Source: Camelus dromedarius (lineage: Eukaryota). From it: 64,000 nucleotides of DNA. This document shows, piece after piece, positions 1 through 12,624 of the stretch. A program made the position numbers and the translations under genes. Each line of letters opens with the position of its first letter. Position 1 is the stretch's first letter. The notes below the pieces were generated by a model. It was given only the letters and a program-made list of their open reading frames with translations. It was not told where the DNA came from and did no database searches. The stretch covers positions 73,596,001 through 73,660,000 of the forward strand of contig NC_087437.1 in the NCBI RefSeq assembly GCF_036321535.1. Reading direction: 5' to 3'.

Positions 1-59
1 CACCTCATTCCCAGTTGGTCAGGGAATCCTGCTGGCCTTAATTTCAAGCTATACTCAAA

Positions 60-732
60 TCTATTATTTTTTTTTGCCACCTCCACTGCTATCAGACTGG
101 GCTAAGCCACTCTTCTCTCAGCAAAAGCCGCCTAACTGGTGTCCCAGATTCTATCCTTCCTCTCAATGAGGCATTCTTGACACAGCAGCCAGAGTGATTC
201 CATTAAATACCAAAGTCCTTACAATAGCATGCCATGCCCTGGCCTCAAGGCTCTGTCTACCCGTATTTCCTACGTTTCTCCCCTTTGCTCTCTCTTCTCC
301 AGCCACATAGGCCTTCTTACAGTTCCCACAGCACACTAGACACACTCTCATCCAAGGGCCTTTGCACTGGCTGTTCTGTCTAAATACAGTTTCCCCAGGT
401 ATTTACAAGGCTAACTCCTTATCACCTTCCACTTTTTGCTCGAATGTCAACCACGCTATGAGAATTAACCTTGATTAACCTATTAAAAATCACAGTACAG
501 TCTCAACTATCCTGATCTACTCTTCTCTACTGGCTTTTTTGTTGTTGTTTTTGTTGTTGCACTTAACACCTAATGTATCATGGAACTTATTTGTTATATT
601 TATTGTTTGTCTTCCCCCAATACAATAAATCCCACAAGGATATACATCTTTTCCCATTCATTTTAGTTGATGTATATCAAGCATATAGAGCAGATGCTCA
701 GTATATAATGATTAATCAAATGAATGGATGAG
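60..732 (+). mobile_element. LINE-2 3' fragment (L2a-like)
   Basis: L2 hallmarks (ccacctccactgc, cctaactggt, cacagcagccagagtgat, agggcctttgcactggctgttc), ending in a tgaatggatga tail. Confidence 0.8.
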
Positions 733-1374
733 TAAGGAAGAGCTAGCTATCTTATTCATTGAGAATATACATATGTATTTTCAGTACATAGTATAGTATC
801 TGGACATAGTTCAAAAAAAATTTCTGAAGTGTGTGAGATGGATCTGAAGATGGAACTCAATTCCATGAGAGCTGTTGTGTGCAGGCCCAATACAGAGTGC
901 CACCTTTCTTACTCAATTTCAAATTTAAGTGAGAGATAAATCTAAGGGTAAGATGGAGAATTAAACTGTTTTTGTTATTGATAAGATTAGTATTGCTGAA
1001 CATGGCTTCTGACTGTGGGCACTCTTTACTAATAGTGAACCCCACAAATAGACAGACCTACCCAGCCCATCATGGGTAGTGCTGCACCAAACATGGGTGA
1101 GCCCCGTGCCTGGAAACTTACAGGAGGAGAGAACAGAACATGTGTTCTTGTCTGGTTTCTAAAAAGAAAGAAAAAAGTGCTGACCTAAGTATTCCTGGTT
1201 AATTTTTCTCAAAATTAGCATTTGAAAAATAGTATCTCCTTCCTTTGTGAAGAACAGGAATGTTTTAGGAACAGGCATCCTCCATATGGAAGAAAACAAA
1301 AGGAGTGTGGGAGAATTATCTTCTTCATATCTAGAACATAAACCACAATGAATCATCATTGTGAGGATGGTAAT

Positions 1375-2300
1375 TGATTCTGTGGACTTGGACAAAGTCA
1401 CCTAGGAAGGGAATGCAGAGAAGGCAGAGCCTAGGTTAAAGGCTTGAGAAACAGTCAGTACCTGGGTGGCAGTTTTATGGACTGAATTGTGTCCTGTCTT
1501 CCCTTCCTCCATTCATATGGTGAAGCACTAACCCCTAATATGATAGGATTTGTCTGTAGGCCCTTCAGAGAGGTAATAAAGGTTAAAAGAGGTCATAATA
1601 GTGGAACCCTAATAAAATAGAATGGTGTCCTTATAAGAAAAGGAAGAGATGCCAGAGCTCTCTCTCCAAAAATGCACAGAGGAAAAGCTATGTGGAGACA
1701 CAGCAAGTAGGCAGCTGTCTGCAAGCCAGGAGAAGAGCTCTCACCACAAACAAGATTTTCTGGCAACTTGATCTTGGACTTCTAGCCTCCAAAACTGAGA
1801 GAAAATGAACGTCTGTTTTCTGTTGTCAAAGCCAGCCAGCCTGTGATATTTTGTTGTGGCAGCCTGATCTGTCTAAGACAGGAAGATGACAAGCTGGCCA
1901 GTTGAGGTGAGAGGAGTACACCAGGCAAGGGTATTGTCAAAGAATCGTAGGGCCAAGTGATTTCACAAGGAAGGAACAGTGACAGCTTCAAATATGGCTG
2001 AGAGGTCAAGTAATATGAGGACTACAGTCCACTATAGTGTCCACTAATTCAATGACACGGGTGATTTTACTGTCCCACGGACTGATGGAAATGAGTGTCA
2101 GGGTAGAACTGAGACAACAAACAAACAGCTGCTTCAAAAAATTGGCTCTGAAGAATTCAGATGGGCTGGAGGGAAAGGAAAGGGGAAAAAGGAGAAAATA
2201 TTGGGGAAGACGCAGAGCTAGGGGCTTATGTGGTATGTTTATAGAAGGTAAGCAGTCAGACCAACTTGACTGAGGTCAGGGAAACCTAGTTAAGAGTTGA
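1375..2300 (-). mobile_element. Degraded LINE-2 fragment, interrupted by an MLT1B LTR
   Basis: Purine-rich antisense-L2-like sequence on both sides of the LTR (gtcacctaggaagggaatgcag...; gctgagaggtcaagtaatatgaggact). Confidence 0.5.
1473..1880 (+). mobile_element. MaLR solo LTR, MLT1B-like
   Basis: Starts ttatggactgaattgtgtcc, contains ggtgtccttataagaaaaggaagaga and cttgatcttggacttctagcctccaaaactg, ends ctaagaca; 5-bp TSD ggcag/ggaag. Confidence 0.9.
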
Positions 2301-2398
2301 TAGCCCCATGGTTAGATAGAATAGGGCCAGACCGACTGTCTTGAAACCCAAAGGGAGAGAATTTTATTTGATATAGAGGGAAATGGATAGAATGAGAA

Positions 2399-2539
2399 TT
2401 TTTTTTTTCAACTTTAAAATTTTTTTTTGAGAAGGAGGTAATTAAGTTTGTTTGTTTATTTTAAACAGAGGTACTGGGTATTGAACCCAGGACCTGTGCT
2501 TTCTGGGCAGACGCTCTACCACTGAGCTATCCCTTCCCC
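2399..2539 (-). mobile_element. tRNA-derived SINE, camelid Vic-1-like
   Basis: Reverse complement gives ggggaagggatagctcagtggtagagcg...ggtcctgggttcaatacccagtacctc with A and B boxes and an A-rich tail; flanks tgagaattttt/tgagaagtttt look like a TSD. Confidence 0.9.
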
Positions 2540-3253
2540 ACACTGAGAAGTTTTTTGACAATGTAATACACATTTGTTAACCACTTATTGTTGGCTGGCA
2601 ACTGCTATAAATGGTATGGAAATGAATATGCAAAGCATATGTATATGTATATTTTTATAAAGTTGAGATAGTACCCATATTTTTTGTAACTTGATTTCAA
2701 GTTATTTTCTAATGATTACAAGGAATACACTCAAATTAGATTAAATAAGAAAGTATGTATTGCAAGGGTTCATGTACAGTCATAAAGGGACGAACTCTCA
2801 GAAATAGAAAACAGTTCCTACAAGCCGAATACTCTGGATTGGCCATTCAATCCCCCTTTCATTGTTCTTCTAGAAAAGAAGTTAGAAACCTAAAAACTAT
2901 GCTTGGTACTTTCCTGCAGCCAAAAAGCTCAAATTCTGAATGAGAAGTAGGCTCCACCAATTACGTTTACCTGCACAAGTTTTGGGAGGCAGAAGTGAAG
3001 CAGGTGTTGCCTTCTGCATCTCTGTCAAACGGACGGTCTTCATGCATCAGCTTTCCAGTGTTAATTTCTTCAACTTTCTCTCTGTTGCCGGGCTGATAGA
3101 ATGGGGGCAGAATTGCCTTATTATTATTTTTTATTTTTTATTTTTTTTGGCAAAGCTCCAGCTGTGGCCTCAGAGGTAGTAGCTTCCTAAGTTGGTAGAT
3201 TCTGAATCTTTTTGGAAGATTCCAGCATGCATCCCAGAAAGCATAACCTAAAC

Positions 3254-3464
3254 AAGGGATAGGAAAATTTCTATAAAGAACAGAGAGTATTTTAGGCTTT
3301 GTGGATCATACAATCTCTGTTGCACTTACTCAACTGTGCTATAGCTTGAAAATAGCCACAGACAATATATAAATACATTGGCATGGCTGCATTCCAATAA
3401 AAATTTATTTATGAAAACAGGTACCAGGGATGGATTTTTTCTGAGGGCCAATTTGGCACCTTTG
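3254..3464 (+). mobile_element. hAT-Charlie MITE MER58A
   Basis: tattttaggctttgtgg...ctactcaact-like...ttccaataaaaatttattt; 8-bp TSD acctaaac/gcctaaac. Confidence 0.88.
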
Positions 3465-3597
3465 GCCTAAACCCTTCTCCTTCAAGCTTTCCAATGGTTT
3501 TGTAGCACCTTATTCACTTTGTTAATAGTATTTCCACTAAAATAATATGTTGAGTGGTTTCTGGTTCTTGTGTTGAACTCTAACACAATTATAAATC

Positions 3598-3973
3598 TGT
3601 ATATCAGTCAGAGATTATACTGTAGTAACAACAGTCTCCAAATCTTGGTGACTTAACACAGGAAAAGATAATTTCTCATTCAGACTAAACATCTTAAGCA
3701 GGTCAGCAGGGAGACTGTTCCGTATCTCCTCACTTAGGGTCCTAGGAACCACCTGCAAAGCCTTGCTGGTCTCCATAACATAGAGAAAGAGGAGAACATG
3801 GCCAATCACTCACTGACTCTTAACCTTCTGCTTAGAAATGACACATGTCACTTACCTGCCTGGAAGAAGTCCCATGGCTCTGCTCTAACTTTAAGGAGTG
3901 GAGAAGGCAGTCCTACTGTGTGAGAGGAAAGAGAGAATGAGAGTATTTTAGAAGAGTTTAAATGACTCCTACA
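3598..3973 (-). mobile_element. Old MaLR LTR (MLT1I/J-like)
   Basis: tgt...aca termini; ctgtagtaacaacagtctccaaatcttggtgacttaacac and gaaatgacacatgtcactt are typical of antisense MLT1I/J. Confidence 0.7.
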
Positions 3974-4429
3974 AATTGAATTTCCAAGGGGTATAATAAG
4001 AGGGAAATTCTGGATACCACTCAGCTAAAAAGATGTTTGAGGAACATTATACAGTGTTTTGCTGTCAGCAAGACCTAACTACATTATAGCTGTCCATTCA
4101 TTATACTTGTGTGAATAGTAGGAAGCCTTGGTTTACTCAACTGAATGATAAGAGTAATAACAATAATGCCCACTTTCCTCTTACCTTGGAAGCGACTTTT
4201 CCCAGTGTCCTGGGTAGTATGAAGTACTTTTGGGAAGTGCATGAGTTCTCTGATGCCACTTGCTGCACAGATTGACATGAGGTCATGTAGCTCTCAGCAA
4301 TGCTTTGCTTACAGAAAGAAAGCAATTTGGAGTCTGAGAAAACCTGATTTAATCTCTGCACAGTTCTTTCTGTAGTGCTCCTCCCTCATCATATTTTTTT
4401 CATTGTCCTATGAACATAGTAATAATCAT

Positions 4430-4652
4430 ACATTTGGTTTGGAGCTCTGAAACCAGGCCGATTCAGTTTGGATTCTGTAAAAATTTACTGATTGTGTCAT
4501 CAGGTGTATTACGCCACCCCTTTCACCTCCGTTTCTCTTCGATAAAGTGGGCTTAGCAAGGATCGTTACTTTATAGAACTGGTGAAGGGTTAAGTTAACA
4601 CATGGAAAACACTTAGAACAGAACCTGATGTATAACAACAACTAAATGATGT
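4430..4652 (+). mobile_element. MIR SINE
   Basis: MIR core (cctccgtttctcttcgataaagtggg) and 3' end (aaaacacttagaacagaacctga). Confidence 0.75.
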
Positions 4653-4654
4653 TT

Positions 4655-4684
4655 CTCCTCCTCCTCTTCCTTCTCCTCCTCCTC
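4655..4684. repeat. Imperfect (CCT)n microsatellite
   Basis: ctcctcctcctcttccttctcctcctcctc. Confidence 0.8.
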
Positions 4685-5799
4685 ACTCCATGGCATTACG
4701 GTGATGATTACAAGATAAAATGAGTACAGAAATACCCTGTTATCTCTAAAGTACTTCACAAATGTTATTAAGGAACACATTACGAAACCCAGAAAAGCTA
4801 ACTGATTTGTCCAAGTTCAAACTGACCTCAGTCTTGGAAGACTGGAGTTCATTCCTTTTTTTACTCTATTTGAGTCTCCACAGTATCTCAGCTCTTTCCA
4901 AATGATTGCTTTGCCAGGCAAGATTTGAGTCTCTTTCTTCTACTTAGCCCTGGAATATTTTTATTCAGCTCACTTTCATATTTTCTTGTCTTGGTGGTCA
5001 TTTTCACTGCTGTTACGCTCCACCTCCAACAGAAGGGGTTAGCTCTGAGTTCTGTAAGCTAACTCTAGAGAAATGTGCCTCCTCCCTTCCCGTAGCCTCT
5101 GTGGACTGTACACAGCTGGGAGGAAAGGTGGTACAGGTTCCTGGGAAGAACTGGCTCTTTATGGGGAGCCTCAGAGGAAGCTCTTCCAACGCTGAGCTAA
5201 CCAGCTCTTGTGCCTGGAGCCTCTGCGGAAAGGAGAGTTCACACAGCACCCCTGCAGGGGAGCCGAGTCCCTCTGATGCAGCTCACTCTCCAGAGGACTA
5301 TCTGAGGGCAAAGCACTTGGGAAGGGCTGGTTCTTCAGCAGCATAACAACATTCCCAGCCCTAATGCCACATCACCATGTTTTAGCCTTAATTTTTAAGC
5401 AAGAGCTTAAAATACAATGAAACTACTCCCTACACCTGGACCCCGCCTTCCAAAATTCGTGACTGACTCCACGGCTAGTGCCACAGCACCCGAGGGCATC
5501 TCATTATTAAGCACTTACAGCCTGAAAGAGGTATGTGACATTCATTTCCATCCCACCCAAAATACTTGGGCATAGAAGGACAGGCAAAAATCAATATTTG
5601 TCTAAAAGAAGAGGAGGAAATTTGTGGGTGGCTCCATAATTTCAAGATGTGGTACAAAGGTTCTCAGGAGATGAATTGCAAATAAAACAGCAGAAAAGAA
5701 TTTCCTGGGTGTCATTTTAAAAGGCTTCATGCTAATAAGAGCCAAATTCATTCTTTGATATTTTCAAGCTTGCTGAGTAAATAACTCATAAATTTCCCA

Positions 5800-5960
5800 T
5801 AATGATGATATGCATGTGACTGGTGTGCCTCAGAGTCTGACCTATTTTGCAGTTGACATCAGAGTCGGGGAAGCTGTGCCGGAGCGCCAGCGCCCCAGCT
5901 AGCTCCTCAGCTCTGTACATGCCCGACACGTGGAGTGGCTGGGGTGGTGTCTGTGTCAGA
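5800..5960. promoter_or_regulatory. Candidate enhancer or non-CpG-island promoter
   Basis: Local CpG retention in unique sequence; CACGTG at 5927-5932; RORE-consensus match at 5838-5848. Confidence 0.35.
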
Positions 5961-6044
5961 AGACTCTGAAATCCGCTTAAATGGTATTACTTATCTTGTG
6001 TTTCTTTCCTTTAAATTAGTTTTATATCTTTTGTTTTTCTCTAG

Positions 6045-6225
6045 CCAAGTGAAGAGAAAGACAGTGTGTATCATACAATGGTCTTGAAATTCCTCATATC
6101 TGATCTTGAAGGTGGAATACAGAACACTTTTATTTAATGTTTTTAAGCTTGAGGGTTTGAAGGGTACAACGTGTCAGGCAGATAATAAATCAGCAGGGCT
6201 GTAAGGTTGTGAGTGTTGTCAGAGG
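6045..6225 (+). other. Candidate non-coding (5' UTR or lncRNA) exon
   Basis: Acceptor ttttgtttttctctag| and donor agg|gtgagt; no recognisable protein. Confidence 0.3.
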
Positions 6226-7394
6226 GTGAGTTTTCATATTCATATAATCTTCTCCATCTACCGAGTGTGCATACTGAGTTGCGTGTTACTGATCATGCAG
6301 TGATATCTGTAAGCAGCGCGTGGACATGAAGAGAAGGGGGAGGTGGTGATAGTGCCAGGCTCAGTGACAGTCCTCAGGGTGTACCTGGCTTTGTTTTTTG
6401 GTGGGAGATTTTACATATTCAAGATAGCTGTGCGGTTTTAACTGTGACATTTCCTCACGGTAGCATTTCATGTGAAGCTCATTAAATGCTTTCTCATTGC
6501 AGAAATGTGATGAATGTAGTTACAGTTCTCAGTCCTACTTTCTACATAGATAATAAAACACTGATCTTAAACTATAATAAAGAAAGTGATGAAACTAAAA
6601 CCACCATTTAATACTCGTATGACCAAGCCCATGGAAAACAATAATTTCACAGATGGAAGGTCAAATTAATTTTAACCAAATGCTTCAGTGCAAAGTAAAA
6701 TTCTGAAATAAATAGGCTATAATATGTTTTTAGAGGGTGCTTGTTTTTGTTTTCAGTTTCACAGACAGTCCTGTTTTTACGGTAGCCAAGCTGGCAGTGA
6801 GAGCTTTTTGAAAACACACACTGCTTTAGGGCTTTGCTGGGGTAATTCCTGGATATTAGGACAAAGTTACATTTACCCTTCATTTTCCGTAATCTCTCAT
6901 TTCAATTTAAGCTTTTGGCCACTTTATTTAGAAAAAAAGTATTTTCCTCATTTGAAGCTATAATTAAAAGAAGGGTTCCTTTGTTTTTTTTTTTTTTTTT
7001 ACAACATCCAACGTAGGACCTTCAGTTATGACTGTGGAGCTTTGTGCACGAGTGGGGAGCTAAGTGGGAAGGGTGGTCCCTCAAGGTACCTCACAGAGAG
7101 GAGGCACCCAGCTTCTGAGTGAGTCAATTCTAGTCTCTGTAACTTCTAGTTATCTAGTCTTGAACTGCCTCGGAGGGGGTCATGCTATCTTTTTTAGCCT
7201 CAAATCCTCTTTAGATCTAAACTCTACTTTTCTCTCCTGTCTGGCTTCTCAGCTTTGAATCATGGAGTCCTTACTGCAGATTCCTGCCTTCATATTCCTT
7301 TGTGTCTGCTCTCTCACCATCAGTGTGTTTCTTGCCTGTCTCTCCTCTTATTTTGGCACTAAATTTGTAGACAACGTCCCTAAGTTGAAAATGA

Positions 7395-7632
7395 CTTCAG
7401 CTTGGGAAGGCCTCTCAGAATTTAATCATGAGTAGCATTAGTGTGGGCATTGCAGTGACTCCTCCTTCCCCAGTGACTCTTCGAGTTTTAAAATGATTAT
7501 TTTCCTTTTATAGATGACAAAAATCAGGTTGAGAGAGGTTGAGTAACTTATTAAAAGTGAGTCAGTCTGTAAGTAGACCAGACTGACTTTAAATCCATGG
7601 TACCTGATTGCAAATTTTGTGCTTTTCTCACA
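7395..7632 (-). mobile_element. MIR SINE fragment
   Basis: Antisense core ttttatagatgacaaaaatcaggttgagagaggttgagtaactt. Confidence 0.65.
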
Positions 7633-7835
7633 AATCTACTAGCCTCTGAAGGATGTGGAAAATAACCAGCACTTGATATATAAAGCATAAAAGTATGCAA
7701 ATGACCCCCACTCTCCTTTATCCAGCCACCACTTTCCAAATACTCTCACCCCAACACTCCATGTTCTTTTCTCCAATGCTCTTACATCCAGCCACAGACC
7801 TCATAACCCACAGTGCATTATTCCTGAGGATTCAC

Positions 7836-7981
7836 CAGTGCACCTAACCTAAAGGCCATCTGGGAGCTTCAAAAAATATAGATGCCTGGGTACCATCCCA
7901 GTTCATTCAGAACCTCTGGGCTTTGCAGTTTTTTAAAGGCTCCCTGGTGATTCTGATACAAAGTAAGTGTGATAACCAAGG
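7836..7981 (+). mobile_element. hAT-Charlie MITE, MER5-like
   Basis: catctgggagcttc...agatgcctgggtaccatccc...aggctccctggtgattctgat. Confidence 0.7.
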
Positions 7982-8864
7982 CTCTGGAATATTCAAGTAG
8001 CAATATCAATGTCCCATATTCCACAAGCCTATAGAAGTTAACCGTTTTTCCCTCATCCTCAAATCCTGAAGTCTCCCAACACTATGATCCTCTCAGTGCT
8101 TTTACATTCATAACTTTTGGACCCCTGAACTATCTTCAAAAGACCAGTATTATAAGTTATTCTCAAATATACCCTCATTTCTGAGGGCCAAGAAAACCCC
8201 AGGAGGAGCCATTGGGTCTCAAGGCTCACCACCTGGAATCCCTGGAGGTCCAGTGCTAGGCCTTTAGGTCTTACTTCCATCCTTCCTCCATCAATATTCC
8301 TGATGGACCCAGGACCTAATGCCAAAATGCATCAATTACTAATTGGAGCATCTCTCACTTGTAATCCTTTTAGTCTGCTATTTATCCTGTCCTTTCTCCC
8401 TGTTTCTTTTTTCAATATTCAGTATTTTTTTGAGCACCTTCTGTCTGCTTGGCTCTAGGATTTACAGTGATGATCCAAACCAACATGACCTTTTTTCTTG
8501 AGGAGACTACAAATACTACCTATAAGTAGTTTATATTCAGTGTATTTTCCGACTTTAGTTATCAAGGCTGACTTTGCTCTTAATTTTTTTTTGCCAGAAT
8601 TATCCTTTATAAAATATGTGACAAGTGAGGGTCCCATACTTTTTTTTTCTTCCTATGATCCAAATATAATTTTCCCTGGACACAGTCCCAATTAAATGGT
8701 TTTGTTATTAGGAAGAATCTTCCCTGCAGCTAGCAGCCTGTTATTAAAAGGAAATAATAGTTATTAAAATATTTTTTGAAAACCTACCAACAGAACAATT
8801 AGATATAGTAAAAATTTCAACAGTGTTTAGTTTAATGAACATAAATCCACATGGTTAATGGCTA

Positions 8865-9075
8865 GTCTACCTCAAGGGAAGTGCTGTTAGAACTCCTGGT
8901 GTGTCTCTTTATTCCTCATTCAGCAGACCTATCTTGCGTTACAGAATGCTTAGTAATCCTGGCCCTACCCAATGAATGCCTGTGGTGTTTACCAGTCATT
9001 GTGAAAACAAAAACTTCCTTTCATGATTCCAAATATCCTAAGGAGTAAAGAACCACCCTTGACTGAGAATCACTC
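8865..9075 (-). mobile_element. hAT-Charlie MITE, MER20-like (diverged)
   Basis: cctggccctacccaatgaatgcc...ttgtgaaaacaaaaa...ccaaatatcc...gactgagaatcact parallels antisense MER20. Confidence 0.6.
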
Positions 9076-9207
9076 GATTAACCTATTAAATATTACAAAT
9101 GATAAATATTTAATTAAAGAGAATGGTTATCTACAGAAGAAGTTTAGCAAAGAGGTAGATACAGCTCTGTTACATTGAGCTAGATTTATAATAGTATTTA
9201 AAAGACA

Positions 9208-9650
9208 GGTTGCACACCCATGTTCATAACAACATTATTCACAATAGCAAAGAGGTGGAAGCAAATCAAATATCCATTGATGGATGAATGAATAAGCAAA
9301 ATGTGGTAAGTACATGCAGTGGAATACTACTCAGTTTTAAAAAGGAGGGGAATTCTCACATATGCTACAACATGGTTAACAGGAGTGAAACTTGAGGACA
9401 TTATGCTGAGGAAGCCAGTCACAAAAGACAGATACTATTTAATTCACATATATGAGGTGTCTAAAATATTCAAATTCATAGAAATAAAAAGTAGAATGGT
9501 AATTACCAGGAGCTGGGGTGAGGTGGGACAGGGAGTTGTTGTTTAATGGAGGTAGAGTTTCAGATTTGCAAGATGAAACATTCTAGTGATATATTCCTCA
9601 ACATTATGGATATAATTAACATTATTGAACTGTACACTTAAAAAGGATTG
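9208..9650 (+). mobile_element. L1 3' fragment (L1MA/L1MB-like)
   Basis: ORF2 C-terminal remnant (EYYSVLKRRGILTYATTW...LEDIML) plus 3' UTR ending gaactgtacacttaaaa. Confidence 0.88.
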
Positions 9651-9799
9651 CTAGTATTTAAAAAATACTGAAACAAAGCAAAAAAAAAAAAAAAAGCCAA
9701 TAAAAAAGAGACTGTTAGGCAAAGCTGTATGCCTTCTCATAATCTCTCCCTAAATAAACCTGAATGTGTGCCTGTTATGATGGCCAATATATGTAATAT

Positions 9800-9957
9800 G
9801 GGGGGAGGGTATAGCTCAAGTGGTAGAATGCATGCTTAGCATGCACCAGGTCCTGGGTTCAATCCTGAATACTTCCATTAAAAATAAAGAAAGAAAGAAA
9901 CCTAACTACCCCTCCCCAACAAAATGAGCAAAAAAAGAGCCAGTACCACCCCATAAA
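9800..9957 (+). mobile_element. tRNA-derived SINE, camelid Vic-1-like
   Basis: ggggagggtatagctcaagtggtagaatgcatgcttagcatgcaccaggtcctgggttcaatcc; TSD aatatatgtaatat (9786-9799) / aatatatataatgt (9958-9971). Confidence 0.92.
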
Positions 9958-10339
9958 AATATATATAATGTACTTTTTTTTGTATTTTATTTTGATTATA
10001 ATACATTATTGCTATTGTATAATATACTGAGGCAGGGCTTAAAGTGAGTCTTGCTCCTATGTTTTTCCTTTTTCCTCGTCTCTCCCACTTATAACTCAAG
10101 GTCCGTATTCTCTCCTTCAACCATCATAAAAGTAGAAGCAAATATTCAAAAGAACTACAGATTCAAGTGCTTGTAAATATGGCTGCAGGAATTGTTTTTG
10201 CAGGACTTTTTACAGGTATTACATAAGGTCCATTATAGATATTATACAAGGCCTGGACAAAGGGTCGTGGGGTATGGTTAGTGATGATTGGCATGGAAGA
10301 GCGAGAATTGATTGAGGAGGGGAAAGACCAAGTAGGGTT

Positions 10340-12620
10340 TTATCTCCAGAATGCAAGTTGGATTTAACATTTAAAAATCAATCAATGTAATTCACCTAAT
10401 TATCTAAATAAAAAAGAAAAACTATATGTTCACTCAACAGTTGCAGAAAAAGCATTTAACAAAATTCACCATCGATTCAAGGTGAAGACCCTCAACAAGT
10501 GAGGCATAAAAGGGAACTTTCTCAACTTCATAAAAGGTTTCCTGAAAAATTTACGGCTAACATATTCAATGGTGAAAGACTGAATGCCTGTCTCCTAGAT
10601 TGGGAATAAGTATAGTTTGTCCACTTTTATTTCTTCTATTTAATATTTTACTATAGGTCATAGCCATTTCAATCAGTCAAGAAGAATAAAAAGCCACAGA
10701 GATTGTAAAGAAGAAAGAAAAGCCATCTTTATTCACAGAACATATCATTATCATCATGTAGAAAATCCTACAAAGTCTACAAATAAAGTATTAGAACTAA
10801 TAGATGAGTTTAGCAATGTTGCAGGATGCAATGTCTTTAGACACTAGCAAAGAAAAAGTAGAAAATGAAAGACAATTACATTAACATAAAATATGAAATT
10901 CTAAGGTATAAATCTGATAAAATAACTTTCCATGACCTATACACTGAAAGCTATAAAATATTGCTGAGAGAGATAAATGAAGATCTAAGTGAACAGAATA
11001 CTGTGTCAGAGATTGGAAGACTCAGCATTGTCAGGATGACAATTCTCTCAGTTGACAGTCTTCATCTGTCAGATTCAACAGTCTCTATCAAAATTCTAAC
11101 AAGCTTTTCTTTTTTTGTAAGAACTGACAGGCTATTTCCCAAATTTATATGGAAATGTGAAAGATATAGAATAGACAAAACAATTTTAAAGAAGAATGTT
11201 GGAGAACTTACACCATGTGATTTCAAGATTTATTATGAATCTTCAGCAAACACAATGTGGCACTAACAGAAAGATAGATGTATAAATCAATAGACTAGAA
11301 TAGAGTCCAGAAATACACACATATAAGTGCACTGATTTTTGACAAAGGGCTTGGAACAACTCAATGGGAAAGAATAATCTTTGAACATATGGTGCTGAAA
11401 TAACTGGATATCCACATGTGAAAAAGTGAACTTAACTCTTACACCATAAAAAAAATTACTCCAGAAGGATAATAGGTGTGAATTTAAGAGTTAAAAATTT
11501 AAAAACATTTTTTCATTATTGTGAATCACTATATTGTACACCTATAATTTATATAATGTATAGCAACTATACGTCAACAAAATTTTTTTAAATAATAAAA
11601 ATGAAAAAATATTTGTTCTTTAAAGTATACTATTAAATATTGGAAAGGCAAGACAAAGGCTAGGTTAAAATATTTGAAAACATACAAATCCAACAAAGGA
11701 CTTGTGTCCATAATATTATATTACATAAGGAATTCTTACAACTGAATAATTAGGAGATAAATAACCCAATAAAAATGTGCAAAAGAGTTAAAACATACTT
11801 CACCAAGAATGTTGTATGGATAGCAAATAAGTGTATTAAAATGTGCTCAATGTCATTAGTTATTATAGAGATGCAAATTGAAACCACAATTAAACACACA
11901 CTAGATTAACTAACATTAAAAATCTTAATCACACCAAGTGATAATGAAAATGTGGAACAATTGGAACTCTCATAACTACTGGTGGGAATGTAAAATGTTG
12001 CAAGTGCTTTGGAAAACAGTTCAGAAGTTTCTTTCAAAGTTAACTATATGTACAGCATATAATCCAGCCATTATATTCTTATGTATGTTCTGAAGAGAAT
12101 TAAGCATATTTACAAAGTCTTGTATGGGGATGTTCATAGCAACATTATTCATAATAGCCAAAATGTGGAAGCTGCCCTAATGTCCATAAACTAATGAATA
12201 GATAAATAAAATGTGATACATTCATACAATGAAATATTCTCCACCAATAAAAAGGAATGAAGTACTAATACATTCTACAACATGGAAGAACCTTGAAAAT
12301 ATTATGCTAAGTAGAGGTAGCCAGTTATAAAAAACCACATCTTGTATAATTCCATTTGCATAAAATGTCCGAAAAAGGAAAATCTATTGAGATGGAAAAG
12401 TAGATTAGTGGCTTTCTAGGATTGAGGATGGTGAGATGGGGGAATGGAGAATGAACAGTGACCTTTAAGTATTTTTTTTAAAGAGTGATGAAAATGTTTA
12501 AAAATTAGACTGTGGTCACGGTTGCACAGCTCTGTAAGTATGCTAAAAAACACTAAATAGGACATTTAAAATAGATGAATGGTATATAAAATATATCTTA
12601 AGAAATCTCTTTTTAAAAAT
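10340..12620 (+). mobile_element. 5'-truncated L1 (L1MB/MC-like): decayed ORF2 RT to C-terminus plus 3' UTR
   Basis: gcagaaaaagcatttaacaaaattca (AEKAFxKI); ORF 10865-11266 gives ORF2p-like IGRLSIVRMTIL..FIWK..DFKIYY; many stops and frameshifts. Confidence 0.9.
11513..11610 (+). mobile_element. Short younger L1 3' terminus nested in the older L1
   Basis: gaatcactatattgtacacctataa...gcaactatacgtcaacaaaa plus A-rich tail, interrupting the ORF2 remnant. Confidence 0.6.
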
Positions 12621-12624
12621 GAAA

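Noticed and set aside
9800..9880. tRNA-like sequences with A and B boxes (also ~2470-2539, 30965-31040, 51445-51522)
   Set aside because: They carry SINE bodies and A-rich tails, most have TSDs, and they are mutated (e.g. an insertion in the B box at ~31025). They are SINE heads, not tRNA genes.
10865..11266. 133-aa ORF
   Set aside because: Chance open stretch of a decayed L1 ORF2, surrounded by stops and frameshifts.
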